DNA of 31,118 nt from an uncultured Acidobacteriota bacterium (GTDB lineage Bacteria > Acidobacteriota > UBA6911 > RPQK01 > JAPXNP01), in assembly GCA_964579015.1 (NCBI GenBank), contig CAZOGT010000002.1, forward strand, positions 1-31,118, read 5' to 3'. A program made the position numbers and the translations under genes. The notes under the pieces were generated by a model. The model ran no database searches. It saw only the letters and a program-made list of their open reading frames with translations, and was not told the DNA's origin. Shown here piece after piece: positions 15,452-24,965 of the stretch (its first letter is position 1; each line of letters starts with the position of its first letter).

Positions 15452-16603
15452 TCAGCGTTCGGGCTTCTCTCCGGCGGCATCAAGGGCAATCATGATTGAA
15501 GGGCGGTGACGGTTGAACTCGTAGCAGTCAACGCAGAGTTCAGGCGGATTGCGTTCGATCATTGCCTGGCGAAGGCCTTTGGCTTCCGGTCCGTTCCAGA
15601 TCTCTTCAAAACCCCTTTCATAGAGGTTTCCCAGAACCGGACTTTGATAGCAGCATGGACGTACTTCTCCATCCGGTTCCACGTAGAGGCTGGTCCATGG
15701 TTTCATGCAGGTGGAAGGGTCGGTTGGAAAATCCTCAGGCTCTTCCCGGCGGAAAAGCCTCTTCAGGGGGTTTCCCCGGTTGATGTAAACCATCCTCAGG
15801 TTATTGATCAGCTTGACTCCCAAATCTTCTGCCAGTCTTTCAGACTCCATGGCAATTTTCCGGGTCAAATCCGGAAAGCCCAGCAGAGATTCAGCAAGCC
15901 AGTCCTCCCTGTAGACCTGACCGGGAGATGCTTGCAGTTGGTGGATTCCGTTGGCTGCGGCGAACTTTACAAAATAAGGAAGTTCATGGATGTTGCGACG
16001 AAAGAAGGTAGGGGTGATGTTGATTCTGGGCAGGTCCGAGCCCCGGCGTTCTTTCTCATCTTTAATGTATTTGATTCCCCTCAGCGCCTTGTGCAGCTTC
16101 CCGTTGACTCTCAGTTGGCTGTAGGTTTCCGGATCCAGGCTGTCCAGGGAAATCGAGACCTCTGTCAACCCGCAATCCAGAAAGATGTTGGTCAGGCGCT
16201 GGTTGATCAGGACACCGTTGGTAGTCACCACCATTTCGCAGCTGGATTTCTCGCGGACCAGCCTTATAACCTGGTCGATCTTCGGGTTAAGCAGCGATTC
16301 CCCGGGGCCGGTCAGGGAAAGAAATTTCCAGTATGGCATCCAGGGGCGGAGGGACTGGAATAGGTTCAGCGGGTTTTTTCTTATTTTCTGGTCCTGCAGG
16401 TGGACCAGGCCTTTCCGGCGGTAGGCGTCTGCCAGGCAAAAGGGGCAGCGAAGGTTGCAGCGGTTATCCGCCCCGATCTGGATATGCCAGGGGTAACTGT
16501 CAAGTTCAGTCTTCCGGGCAAGGTATTCCTGACTGTTTCTCTCCTGGTTGGCTTCCGCCCGGCTGGGAAAGCCGGATTCGTAACCGGTTGCCGCCTTTTC
16601 CAT
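15452..16603 (-). CDS. Radical SAM protein with SPASM/twitch domain
   Basis: CNLRCPFC (CxxxCxxC), TGPGESLLNP, TTNGVLI and SLDS. C-terminal CMKPW..PDGEVRPCC..GNL..IWNG..CVDC. Confidence 0.92.
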   Translation of the reverse strand: MEKAATGYESGFPSRAEANQERNSQEYLARKTELDSYPWHIQIGADNRCNLRCPFCLADAYRRKGLVHLQDQKIRKNPLNLFQSLRPWMPYWKFLSLTGPGESLLNPKIDQVIRLVREKSSCEMVVTTNGVLINQRLTNIFLDCGLTEVSISLDSLDPETYSQLRVNGKLHKALRGIKYIKDEKERRGSDLPRINITPTFFRRNIHELPYFVKFAAANGIHQLQASPGQVYREDWLAESLLGFPDLTRKIAMESERLAEDLGVKLINNLRMVYINRGNPLKRLFRREEPEDFPTDPSTCMKPWTSLYVEPDGEVRPCCYQSPVLGNLYERGFEEIWNGPEAKGLRQAMIERNPPELCVDCYEFNRHRPSIMIALDAAGEKPER

Positions 16604-16713
16604 GTTCCGCCTTTCTCTACAGGAGACTATTTTAACGAATTTTTACTGAAGGGTTCACATTTATAACCCGGATTCAGGAGGCCTGCTCAGGTGGCATGTT
16701 CCGGGAAAGTGTT

Positions 16714-18222
16714 TTATTCGGACTCATTGCCTCGCTCGCACCGTGGAAGAAGAATTCTGAAGGTGGTAAATTCACCGGGCTCACTGAAAACGTAGATAAA
16801 GCCGTTGTTCTGCTTGACTATGCCGTAGACGATCGGGAGCCCGAGGCCGGTCCCTTCCCCTTTTGACTTGGTGGTAAAAAAAGGCTCGAAAATCGTATCA
16901 ATGATTTCTTTATCAATTCCATGTCCGGAATCCGTTATTTCGAGTGCAACATAGTATCCGGGAGCCAGACCTGGGCAGCCGAGGCATGACTCACTGTTGA
17001 TCCTGGAATTGCTGGTTTTGATTGTTATTGTTCCCCTCCCCCTGATGGCGTCACGGGCGTTCACGCAGAGATTGGCAAGGACCTGGTCAAGCTGGCTGGA
17101 GTCCATTTTCACCTTCCATAAATCATCTCCCGGGACCCAGGAAAGGCTTATTTCTTCACCTATCAGCCGTTCCAGCATTTTCAGCATTCCGTCGACTGTG
17201 GCATTAAGGTCCAGTACTTCGGGCGCAACTTCCTGTTTACGGGCAAAGGCCAGGAGTTGCCGGGTAAGGGCAGCGGATCGAGAGGCGGCATTCTGAATCT
17301 CAAGGAGCGCCTCCTCGATCTCTATTGAAGGATCCATCTGGTCCAGAACAATCTCTGAATATCCGAGGATGACTCCAATCATGTTGTTGAAGTCATGGGC
17401 TATCCCTCCTGCCAGGCGGCCTACCGCCTCCAATTTCTGGGCATGCAGGAGCTGGGCTGTCAGTTGGTTGCGTTCGGTGACATCCCGGTCGACTCCCCTG
17501 AAACCGGCAGCCCTTCCTTCGGCATCAAGGATTGGAACAGCATTGCTTTCCATCTCCTTCCAGCTGCCATCTTTGTGCTTCCACCTCACAACCTGGCTCT
17601 TCCATCCTCTTTTTGCCCGGACCATCCCAGGCAGGAATTTCTTGAACCTTTCATGGTCCTCCGGGTGCATGAATTCCGCAAACAGCCTTCCCTTGATCTC
17701 TCCAGGGCTGTACCCCAGGATTTTTTCGAGGGCCGTATTGCTGTACGTGAGCCTTCCTTCTGAATCAGACGCCCAGATCAGGTCCCGGGAGGCGTCAATT
17801 ATGTCTTTGACAAACTCCTGTTCTTTCTTCAGGCGCAGCTCAGTCTTTCGATATTCCGTCACGTCTTCGGCAATACTTACGGCCCCGATTACGTTCCCAT
17901 CCCTGTTACGAATAGGCGAAGCCTTAACAACCCAGGAGTTGCTGTCTTCCAGGGGTCGGACATCCTCATCCAGCAGCACCTCGTTTTCGGAGGGAAGTCC
18001 GGTCCTGAACACTTCTTCGACCGGACAGTTCCTGCAAGGTCTGGAATAGCCCTTCAGGAAGTAGCATTTCAGTCCTTCAATGTCTTCCAGGGACTTCCCT
18101 CTGTGATCGCAGGAGGCCCTGTTCATCCAGCGGATCCTGTAATCAGTGTCATGGATGGATATATATGCCGGAAACTCATCCAGGAGTTCCGCCAGGAAGG
18201 GGTTCTCAGTCAGATTCTTCAT
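16714..18222 (-). CDS. Cytoplasmic PAS-PAS sensor histidine kinase (CckA/NtrB-like), no receiver domain
   Basis: Two PAS/PAC domains. H-box [10 protein letters not shown]-box [33 protein letters not shown]. No TM segment. Confidence 0.92.
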   Translation of the reverse strand: MKNLTENPFLAELLDEFPAYISIHDTDYRIRWMNRASCDHRGKSLEDIEGLKCYFLKGYSRPCRNCPVEEVFRTGLPSENEVLLDEDVRPLEDSNSWVVKASPIRNRDGNVIGAVSIAEDVTEYRKTELRLKKEQEFVKDIIDASRDLIWASDSEGRLTYSNTALEKILGYSPGEIKGRLFAEFMHPEDHERFKKFLPGMVRAKRGWKSQVVRWKHKDGSWKEMESNAVPILDAEGRAAGFRGVDRDVTERNQLTAQLLHAQKLEAVGRLAGGIAHDFNNMIGVILGYSEIVLDQMDPSIEIEEALLEIQNAASRSAALTRQLLAFARKQEVAPEVLDLNATVDGMLKMLERLIGEEISLSWVPGDDLWKVKMDSSQLDQVLANLCVNARDAIRGRGTITIKTSNSRINSESCLGCPGLAPGYYVALEITDSGHGIDKEIIDTIFEPFFTTKSKGEGTGLGLPIVYGIVKQNNGFIYVFSEPGEFTTFRILLPRCERGNESE

Positions 18223-18299
18223 TCAATTTGTCCTTGTTGAGCGGCATCCGATTTGGTGGTGTTCTGACTTAAAATTTTTTTCTGTATAAAAGTTTAATC

Positions 18300-18328
18300 A
18301 TCATATCAGCCGAAAAAACCAGTCGCAA
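18300..18328 (-). promoter_or_regulatory. Sigma70 promoter for the histidine kinase
   Basis: TTGCGA-N17-TATGAT with a TGn extended -10, in an AT-rich region about 80 bp upstream of ATG 18222. Confidence 0.6.
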
Positions 18329-18418
18329 GACCCTTATTTGCAGAAATATCAAAATACCCTGATTCCGGGGCTGGAAAGAACCAGGGAAGCCCGTCATCCC
18401 GGCCAGGGTTTCCGTCAG

Positions 18419-18910
18419 TCACTCGTTGGAATCAGGCCCGGAACCGGAATCAGGGAGGAGGGATTGTTCATGTTTTTCGCGGCCTGGATTAGAGCCACCA
18501 AGCTTGGCATTATGCAGATTGGCTTTTTCCAGGACGGCGCCACGGAGGTCTGCCCCCTGAAGATCGGCTTCTTCAAGATCAGCAAGCTGCAGAACAGCTC
18601 CACGCAAATCGGCATTGTTCAGGTGAGCCCGTCTGAGCGTGGCTCTCCGCAGCAAGGCCTGCCGTAAATCGGCCTGCTGCAGGCAGGCCCCTGCAAGGTC
18701 AGCTTCCTGGAGATATGCGCCCTTCAGGTTGGCTTTTCTCAGGTCGGCCCTCCTGAGAACGGCTCCCTGGAGGTTGGCGCCCTCAAGGTCGGCACCTCCC
18801 AGAACCGCGCCTTCGAGCCTGGCCTTCTTGAGATTCCATCCCCGGAAAACGCCTCTCTTCCCGAATTTTTTAACCCGCCATTCAGTCAGCCTCATCCTCA
18901 ACGGAAACAT
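18419..18910 (-). CDS. Pentapeptide-repeat protein, with a possible frameshift near the C-terminus
   Basis: More than 20 A(D/N/x)LxX repeats (ARLEG AVLGG ADLEG ANLQG...). AGGA SD supports ATG 18910 over the ORF-track start at 19087. Confidence 0.85.
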   Translation of the reverse strand: MFPLRMRLTEWRVKKFGKRGVFRGWNLKKARLEGAVLGGADLEGANLQGAVLRRADLRKANLKGAYLQEADLAGACLQQADLRQALLRRATLRRAHLNNADLRGAVLQLADLEEADLQGADLRGAVLEKANLHNAKLGGSNPGREKHEQSLLPDSGSGPDSNE

Positions 18911-19064
18911 GATTCCTATTCTACATCCAGAGGGTCGCGCTGTTGGGAGGGAATTTCCAGGCAGCGTGCCGGTAAGCAAAAAATTGTCCCTGAACCAGGC
19001 CGGTCCCGGCGCGGTTTCGGATTTAATTCCGAATCTTTTAGGTTTTTTCACGTATAAAGGAGTA

Positions 19065-21191
19065 ATGAGGGTACGGACGCAACTCATTCTGGCATTCTTT
19101 TTACTTGCGGTTATCCCGTTAAGCGGGCTGACCCTCTACTCCTACTGGACATCCGTCAATGCCTTCAAGAAGGCTGCTGAAGCCGAGGCCGTGGAATTCT
19201 CTTCAGAGCTTGAAAGTAGGTTCCAGAGGATTACCCGGGTCATCAACGAGGAAGTCGAAAATGTGGTAAGGCTTCATTATGATGAACTGCTAAGCGGCGA
19301 ATCAGACCAGTTTTCTCCTGAGACCGAGCGGGCCATCTCAAGATTTCATCAGGATATCAACAGCCTGGCCCCCTACATCAGGTCGCTTGAGATTGCCGTC
19401 CCCGGAGAAGCGGAAGGAGAAAGCCTCTCTGGGACAGGAGGGCAGGCGCCCTCCGGCAGCAGGAGGCCTTCTTCCATGATCCTTTCCTTCGCGGACCTCG
19501 GGGCAGAGGCGGAGGCAGGCAGACAGAAGGCAGAGGCCCTGGCAGGCTCCGGCAGCAACGGCTACCGAAGCGCCGCGGAAAAGCCGTTTTTCCTCCGTGC
19601 CCGGCCCGAAAACAATCTCCCTCCGGGAAACGGGGAAGACCCTCTTTCTGGAATGGCCGCTTCCCCCGGCAGGGAGAACCCCAGGGAATTTATACGGGAA
19701 CTGGTCTTCAACCGGCTTAGTGAAAACCGTTCCCCCAGCTGGGGGAACGGGAATGGCACGGGAAATGAAAAGGGTATTCCTGAACTGTATGTTTCCCCCT
19801 TGGAACCGGCCCGGCCTGAATCAAGCTACATCACCAGGAACCGGGAACTTAATTTTGACTCCCCCCTCTACTTCGGAGACGACATGGGGGGTCTCCTTAA
19901 AGCCAACATCAACGGCCCTGTATTAATGAGGGAAGTCATGCAGGCCACGATGAGAGAGGGGGACATACCCTTTGTCCTTGACAGGGAAGGAGTGGTCATT
20001 ACTACCAATGAGAGTCACCTGGCCCTTCTCAACAGGATCTCCCTGGAAGCAGGAACCTACACCAAGGTTGATGAAACAGCCGGGGAATACATGATTTCAG
20101 CCAGGCAGATCCCCCGCAGCGGCAGGACCATCGGGATTCTGCGCCCGCTCAGCGGAGAACTGCAGGCCATCAAGAAGACCGCGCTGATAAACTCGTCATT
20201 CGGGGTTGCGGCCTGTATCCTGGCTTTGCTTGCCATTTATCCCCTGAGCAAAAGTTTTACCCTCCAGCTGGGAGAACTGATGAACGGTGTCAGAAGCCTC
20301 TCCATGGGGAACCTTGATATCCGGGTCCCTGTGACCACAAAAAATGAATTCGGCCGGCTTGCTGAATCCTTCAACCGGATGGCCGTTGACCTCAAGCTCA
20401 ACCAGGATGAAAAGCTTAAACATGAAGGCCTGAAAAGGGAGCTGGAGCTCTGCCGCGAAATCCAGCAGAGCCTCCTGCCCGGATCACCGCTGAAAATCAA
20501 CAGGGCTGAACTCCAGGGCGTATCCATTCCGGCCCGGGAGGTAGGCGGAGACTTTTTCAATTATTTTCCGCTTCCCGGGAACAGGACCGCCCTGTTGATC
20601 GGGGACGTTTCCGGCAAGGGTGTTCCCGCCGCCCTGATGATGGCCAATATCCAGGCCAAGCTGCAGGCCAAGCTTCCGCTGGGCACCAGCCTGGCCACGA
20701 TGGCTGAGGAGCTTGATGACGACATCTTCAATTCGACTCTCCCGGAAAACTACCTTACACTTTTCGCGGGAATCCTCGATTATGAAGGAGAGCTCCTGAA
20801 ATGGGTCAATGCCGGACACAACACCCAGTACCTTCTGCGCAGGGATGGCAGCATGGAACAACTGGGGTCAACCGGCAGGCCTCTGGGGCTGCTTCCGGGC
20901 GGGGGTTACGGCGAGGTTGAAACCAGGCTGAGGGAAGGAGATACACTGTTGCTGTTCACCGACGGGCTGGCCGATGCTGAAAACGATGAAGGAGAGTTTT
21001 TCGGAGAGGAGAGGCTCGAACAAATCTTCGCCCGGCAAGCCGGAAGGTCAGTCAACGAGATCCTTATAGCCGTTGAAAAAGCCATCAGGGACCACAACGG
21101 AAAAACCCTGGCAAGTGACGATGCCACGATGCTGGTCCTGAGGATTGCGGGCCCCGCGGAAGGTGCAGGGCCGGTGCGGGGCAGCGATTAA
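19065..21191 (+). CDS. Membrane-bound HAMP + SpoIIE/PP2C phosphatase (RsbU-like)
   Basis: TM1 (LILAFFLLAVIPLSGL), periplasmic region, TM2, HAMP (NEFGRLAESFNRM). ELELCREIQQSLLP, PAREVGGDFF, IGDVSGKG, NAGH, GRPLG, FTDGL, DDATML. AAAGGAG lies just upstream; the ORF-track extension to 18639 is antisense to the pentapeptide gene. Confidence 0.92.
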   Translation: MRVRTQLILAFFLLAVIPLSGLTLYSYWTSVNAFKKAAEAEAVEFSSELESRFQRITRVINEEVENVVRLHYDELLSGESDQFSPETERAISRFHQDINSLAPYIRSLEIAVPGEAEGESLSGTGGQAPSGSRRPSSMILSFADLGAEAEAGRQKAEALAGSGSNGYRSAAEKPFFLRARPENNLPPGNGEDPLSGMAASPGRENPREFIRELVFNRLSENRSPSWGNGNGTGNEKGIPELYVSPLEPARPESSYITRNRELNFDSPLYFGDDMGGLLKANINGPVLMREVMQATMREGDIPFVLDREGVVITTNESHLALLNRISLEAGTYTKVDETAGEYMISARQIPRSGRTIGILRPLSGELQAIKKTALINSSFGVAACILALLAIYPLSKSFTLQLGELMNGVRSLSMGNLDIRVPVTTKNEFGRLAESFNRMAVDLKLNQDEKLKHEGLKRELELCREIQQSLLPGSPLKINRAELQGVSIPAREVGGDFFNYFPLPGNRTALLIGDVSGKGVPAALMMANIQAKLQAKLPLGTSLATMAEELDDDIFNSTLPENYLTLFAGILDYEGELLKWVNAGHNTQYLLRRDGSMEQLGSTGRPLGLLPGGGYGEVETRLREGDTLLLFTDGLADAENDEGEFFGEERLEQIFARQAGRSVNEILIAVEKAIRDHNGKTLASDDATMLVLRIAGPAEGAGPVRGSD

Positions 21192-21220
21192 CCCCAGCCT
21201 TTCCTTGCCGGTGCGTCCTG

Positions 21221-22372
21221 TTACCAGTTGACTCCCAGGGACGAAACCAGCCCGTAATCGTTTTTAACGGCACCGGCGGACGGGGGCTTGCTGTTATAGC
21301 TGTCAAAAAAGGAGACCCCGAGGAAAATATTCCTGGCAAGCATCAGGTTGACTCCGGTCCTGGACTCCAGCCGGAAGCGGTCAAAATCCCCGGGCCTGGG
21401 GTACAGGAAGGTCTCCGCTGTCATGCTGAGCTTCGGGGAATCGAGTTCAAAGGCTTTCAGCTTCAGTCCGAAAACAGTTTCGAGATCGCTGTGGTCCTCA
21501 CCACTCTCGTACTTTTCACTGACAAACCCCAACCCGGCCAGAACCTGGAGGGTAGCAGTGTCACTGCTGATTATGTCCTTACCCAGGGCGGCATTGAAGT
21601 TGTATCTGAGATCCAGTTCCAGAGCATCGTTCCGGGTGGTGTTGAACATTCCTGTGAAGAACCAGTCCCTTGGAAGGGGTCTCTGGTAGAGAGCGTTCAG
21701 GTAATCGCGGTCGTTGCGCCCTGAGGCGTTGTCAGTAGAATACAAGGCGTTGTAGGATGCCTCGGTATAATAGCTGTCAGCCGTATAGGAGCCTTTCAGC
21801 CCCAGGCTGAACTGCCTGGTTTCCCTGGCTTTGAGCAGGGTAAGGCCGAAGCTCACATTCCCTTTGAACCTGTCCACCGGAGGCTTGTTCACGGTTTCTA
21901 CGAGGGCCAGCCCGGTCAGGTGCAATCTTACCCTGTCATCTCCCGTGTCCACGGTCAGGGTTTCATCGTCCGCCGGTTCCTTGCGCAGGCTCCCCCGGTA
22001 TTCAGTTTCGTCAAGGAGAGTAAACAGAAGAGGAGTCATCCCCTCGAGGCGTTCCACGTTCTCCCATTTGACTTGGATACTGCCGGCCAGTTCACTCTTA
22101 AGGTGCAGCACTCCGTTTTCAAGCTTCGTTATTTCTCCGCTCACCCGGTCACCATTTACCAGGTAGATTACGTCTTTCTTTTCAGTTCCTCCGGGCTCCT
22201 CAGTTCCGGGCAGGGCCGCAGCCATGCCCGGCAGCGTGACCAGGAAGAGCAGGGCTGACAGAACGACAGTCAGTCTCCCTGAACCGGGGACATGCAATAT
22301 GTTCTTTCCTGCCGGTTCGGCGGCTGGTGCGGACAGGGGGTTGGAATTCAGATCTACTGGCATCGTGCTCAT
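21221..22372 (-). CDS. DUF481/YdiY-like outer-membrane beta-barrel protein
   Basis: Signal-like hydrophobic segment, N-terminal DVIYLVNGDRVSG module, alternating beta-strand pattern, and C-terminal ...DYGLVSSLGVNW aromatic beta-signal. Confidence 0.75.
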   Translation of the reverse strand: MSTMPVDLNSNPLSAPAAEPAGKNILHVPGSGRLTVVLSALLFLVTLPGMAAALPGTEEPGGTEKKDVIYLVNGDRVSGEITKLENGVLHLKSELAGSIQVKWENVERLEGMTPLLFTLLDETEYRGSLRKEPADDETLTVDTGDDRVRLHLTGLALVETVNKPPVDRFKGNVSFGLTLLKARETRQFSLGLKGSYTADSYYTEASYNALYSTDNASGRNDRDYLNALYQRPLPRDWFFTGMFNTTRNDALELDLRYNFNAALGKDIISSDTATLQVLAGLGFVSEKYESGEDHSDLETVFGLKLKAFELDSPKLSMTAETFLYPRPGDFDRFRLESRTGVNLMLARNIFLGVSFFDSYNSKPPSAGAVKNDYGLVSSLGVNW

Positions 22373-22485
22373 TTGATAACTCCCGTCATTTTTTGATCCT
22401 GCTTATTATGAGGAAATATTCCCCGACAATGCGACTTTCGTCCCGGCTCCCCCAAAAATATCCATGCTGATAATCAGTTGCAGGT

Positions 22486-22549
22486 TTAGCCCGCATTGCT
22501 CACCAGCCTGCTGCTGCGCTTGGGAAACCGGTGAGAAATGCGGGGCTAG
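22486..22549. mobile_element. MITE-like miniature inverted-repeat element (~56 bp) with TTAG/CTAG flanks
   Basis: Left arm CCCGCATTGCTCACC (22490-22504) and right arm GGTGAGAAATGCGGG (22530-22544) match as inverted repeats at 14/15. Flanked by TTAG (22486-22489) and CTAG (22546-22549). An 18-bp part recurs at 28575-28592. Confidence 0.55.
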
Positions 22550-24906
22550 GGCCTGTCAGTCAACAATTCACGCATCTCTCCGGCCTTCCGGCTGAAGTAA
22601 TCTCTCTCTCCCGGATTCAGTCCCGGCAGGTCCAGGGCCTGAACGTACACTTCCCCGGCCCTTGCGTAGCTGCCGGATTCCTCAAGCATGCTTCCCAGCA
22701 GCGGATAGGCTGCGGCGTAGGAGGGATTCCTGGCGAGCAGGGCTTCCAGGATTTCCATTGCTTCATTTTCATCACCCTTCTGGTGCAGAAAAAAGGAAAG
22801 GGTGTAATTGTATCTTGGATTATCTGGGCTTGTCCTGGCTGCCAAACGGCTCATGCCAATGGCTTCATCCAGGCGCTCTGCAGATATCAGGACCGCCAGG
22901 TTATGGGCGGCCTCAGCCATGTCCGGATCAGCCCTCAATGCTTCCCTCAAAAAATGCTCCGCCTCTCCCGACTTACCCTGTTCCGCTAAAAGCAGGCCCA
23001 GATTAAAGCATGCTGCCTCGTTTCCAGGTTCAATTCTCACGGCCTCTCTCAGCAGGCGTTCAGCGTTTTGGTTATCCCCTGTACGTGCGTGTACCATCGA
23101 TTGATTCACCAGCACGGGAACTTCTTCCGGTCGGAATTCGGCAGCCTTTCGGTAGGCTTCCAATGCCTCCTGGTAGAGGCCCCGTCCGGCATAGAGGTTG
23201 CCCAGGTTATAGTGAGATGACCAGTCATCCGGCCGGGAAGCAAGGGATTCCTCCAGCTCGTCAAAACTCCTCCCCACAGTCTCGAGGTCCTGCGGAGAGA
23301 CATTACCATCGAGCGGGAATTCAGCCAGGACAGCCGCCGCCCGCACCCTGACCAGGCGGTAGTCATCCTTCACCGCTTCCAGCATCAGGGAAAGCAGGGT
23401 GTCCATATCAGGATGAGCGGCAACCCCATCCACGGCAGCGGCCCTTACCAGGGGAGATGAACTCTTGACAGCCTTTTCGATTGCCGGCCATTTCCTGGTG
23501 TCGCGGCTGGCCGCCATCAGCCTGATCAGGGAGGCCGTGTACACCTTGTCGCTGTCCGGGTCGGCTATATAATCCAGCATCTGCTCCAGTTTCCCCCATT
23601 CCCCATTTCTGGCGGCCTGCAGCAGTCTGGCCCGATGCATTACTTCAGCCTGGTAATCCTCGCCGTACCATTTCCGTGCCCATTCATCAGCCCACTCTGC
23701 TGACTGATCAGCATGGCAGATATTGCAGGCATTGGGAGATTCGAACTCAATGGTGGCCTGGGGAGTCGGCCCCAGCATCGAATGATCATGGCGGATCATC
23801 CTCGCAAACTCGGTACGGGGCATATGGCAGGAAATGCACCGGCTGCCCTCACTGGAGGCCTCGTGGAAGGAGTGGGCAGACGGATCATTTACCTCCTCGG
23901 CGTGACAGGGGAAGCAGGCCTGGTCAGCATTATCCCCGGTAAACCGGTTGCGGCCGCTGGAAGTGTGGCAATAGACGCAGTCGAGTTCCCCGGAACCCGC
24001 GCAGGGGCTCAAAAGCCACAGTGTGTAGGTGAAATTCTCTCCGAGGTCACGGCCGTCAGGATAAAAATCAACATGTTCCAGGGTATGGATTCCGTAATGA
24101 TCGTACAACCTCTTTCCTGGCTCGTACCCTGGGGACAGAGGATACATCTTGGCATGGCAGGGGGCGCACATTTCACTCCTCTGGAGAGTACTTAATTCTC
24201 TGGTATCAATGATTTTGAGCTCTTCATATGGAGTCCCTTCCTCATAATCGGTGAACGCCTCAATGTGCGCACTTCCCGGTCCATGGCAGGCCTCACAGTT
24301 GATGCCCGGCTCAAGCCAGGTGGTATTGTAGGAATCGGTTTCCGGTTCATAATTGGTGGACAGCTGGCTGACATGGCAGTTGTAGCAGGATGTATTGAAA
24401 GTCAGGGAGCGGTCAGTCCAGTCCACAGCCTCGTCATCCAGGTCGGGGAAATGCCTGACCATGCTGGCTGTTGTGTCATACCACTCCCTGCGGTTGGTGT
24501 CATAGGCAACCGGAAGTACTTGCAGATGGCCCCGTTCCCTTTCAGTAAGGAAATAGAAGACATTTTTGCCCCCCATGGCGTACTTCACTTCATGGGTTGT
24601 GGTCCGGCCGCCTTTCTTCTCGGTTACCTGTCCATCCTCAAACCTGAACTCAGCGCCGTTAACCCTGATGCTGTTAGCCTGGGGGAGCAGGTTCCGGGAG
24701 GGAAAAGCCGGATCTACCTCCTGGAGGGCAAGGCCGTGATAGGAGTCAGCCCAGAGTTCAAAAAAGTCTTCGTGGCAGGGACGGCAGGCTTCCGATCCAG
24801 TGAACTGGGCTGTCTCCTGCCATGGCCTCTCCTCAACCGGGCTGCAGGAAACCAGGCCTGCAAGCAAAGCCGGAAACGCACTGAACAGCAACAATCGATT
24901 TTTCAT
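22546..24906 (-). CDS. Multiheme (8 x CxxCH) cytochrome c with HEAT and TPR repeats; probable lipoprotein
   Basis: Lipobox LVSC. CRPCH, CYNCH, CEACH, CAPCH, CVYCH, CFPCH, CISCH, CNICH. HEAT-like (SPLVRAAAVDG, RLVRVRAA) and TPR (YNLGNLY, FNLGLLLAE, HNLAVL) repeats. Confidence 0.92.
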   Translation of the reverse strand: MKNRLLLFSAFPALLAGLVSCSPVEERPWQETAQFTGSEACRPCHEDFFELWADSYHGLALQEVDPAFPSRNLLPQANSIRVNGAEFRFEDGQVTEKKGGRTTTHEVKYAMGGKNVFYFLTERERGHLQVLPVAYDTNRREWYDTTASMVRHFPDLDDEAVDWTDRSLTFNTSCYNCHVSQLSTNYEPETDSYNTTWLEPGINCEACHGPGSAHIEAFTDYEEGTPYEELKIIDTRELSTLQRSEMCAPCHAKMYPLSPGYEPGKRLYDHYGIHTLEHVDFYPDGRDLGENFTYTLWLLSPCAGSGELDCVYCHTSSGRNRFTGDNADQACFPCHAEEVNDPSAHSFHEASSEGSRCISCHMPRTEFARMIRHDHSMLGPTPQATIEFESPNACNICHADQSAEWADEWARKWYGEDYQAEVMHRARLLQAARNGEWGKLEQMLDYIADPDSDKVYTASLIRLMAASRDTRKWPAIEKAVKSSSPLVRAAAVDGVAAHPDMDTLLSLMLEAVKDDYRLVRVRAAAVLAEFPLDGNVSPQDLETVGRSFDELEESLASRPDDWSSHYNLGNLYAGRGLYQEALEAYRKAAEFRPEEVPVLVNQSMVHARTGDNQNAERLLREAVRIEPGNEAACFNLGLLLAEQGKSGEAEHFLREALRADPDMAEAAHNLAVLISAERLDEAIGMSRLAARTSPDNPRYNYTLSFFLHQKGDENEAMEILEALLARNPSYAAAYPLLGSMLEESGSYARAGEVYVQALDLPGLNPGERDYFSRKAGEMRELLTDRP

Positions 24907-24965
24907 AAAATCCGTTCCGCTTATGCAGTTCCTTTCGTGACTGGCAGCTGAAAAATCTCCAGTTA

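Noticed and set aside
15452-16603. Anaerobic sulfatase-maturating enzyme (anSME) for the nearby sulfatase
   Set aside because: It lacks the Cys set for two auxiliary clusters and the typical anSME motifs.
16615-16628. GTCTCCTGTAG (minus strand) as a solo copy of the 19-bp core
   Set aside because: Only a 10/11 match, with flanks that do not align; chance level.
18639-19064. N-terminal extension of the RsbU-like ORF
   Set aside because: It is the antisense shadow of the pentapeptide gene and intergenic DNA. The first TM segment and an SD-like sequence are at about 19065.
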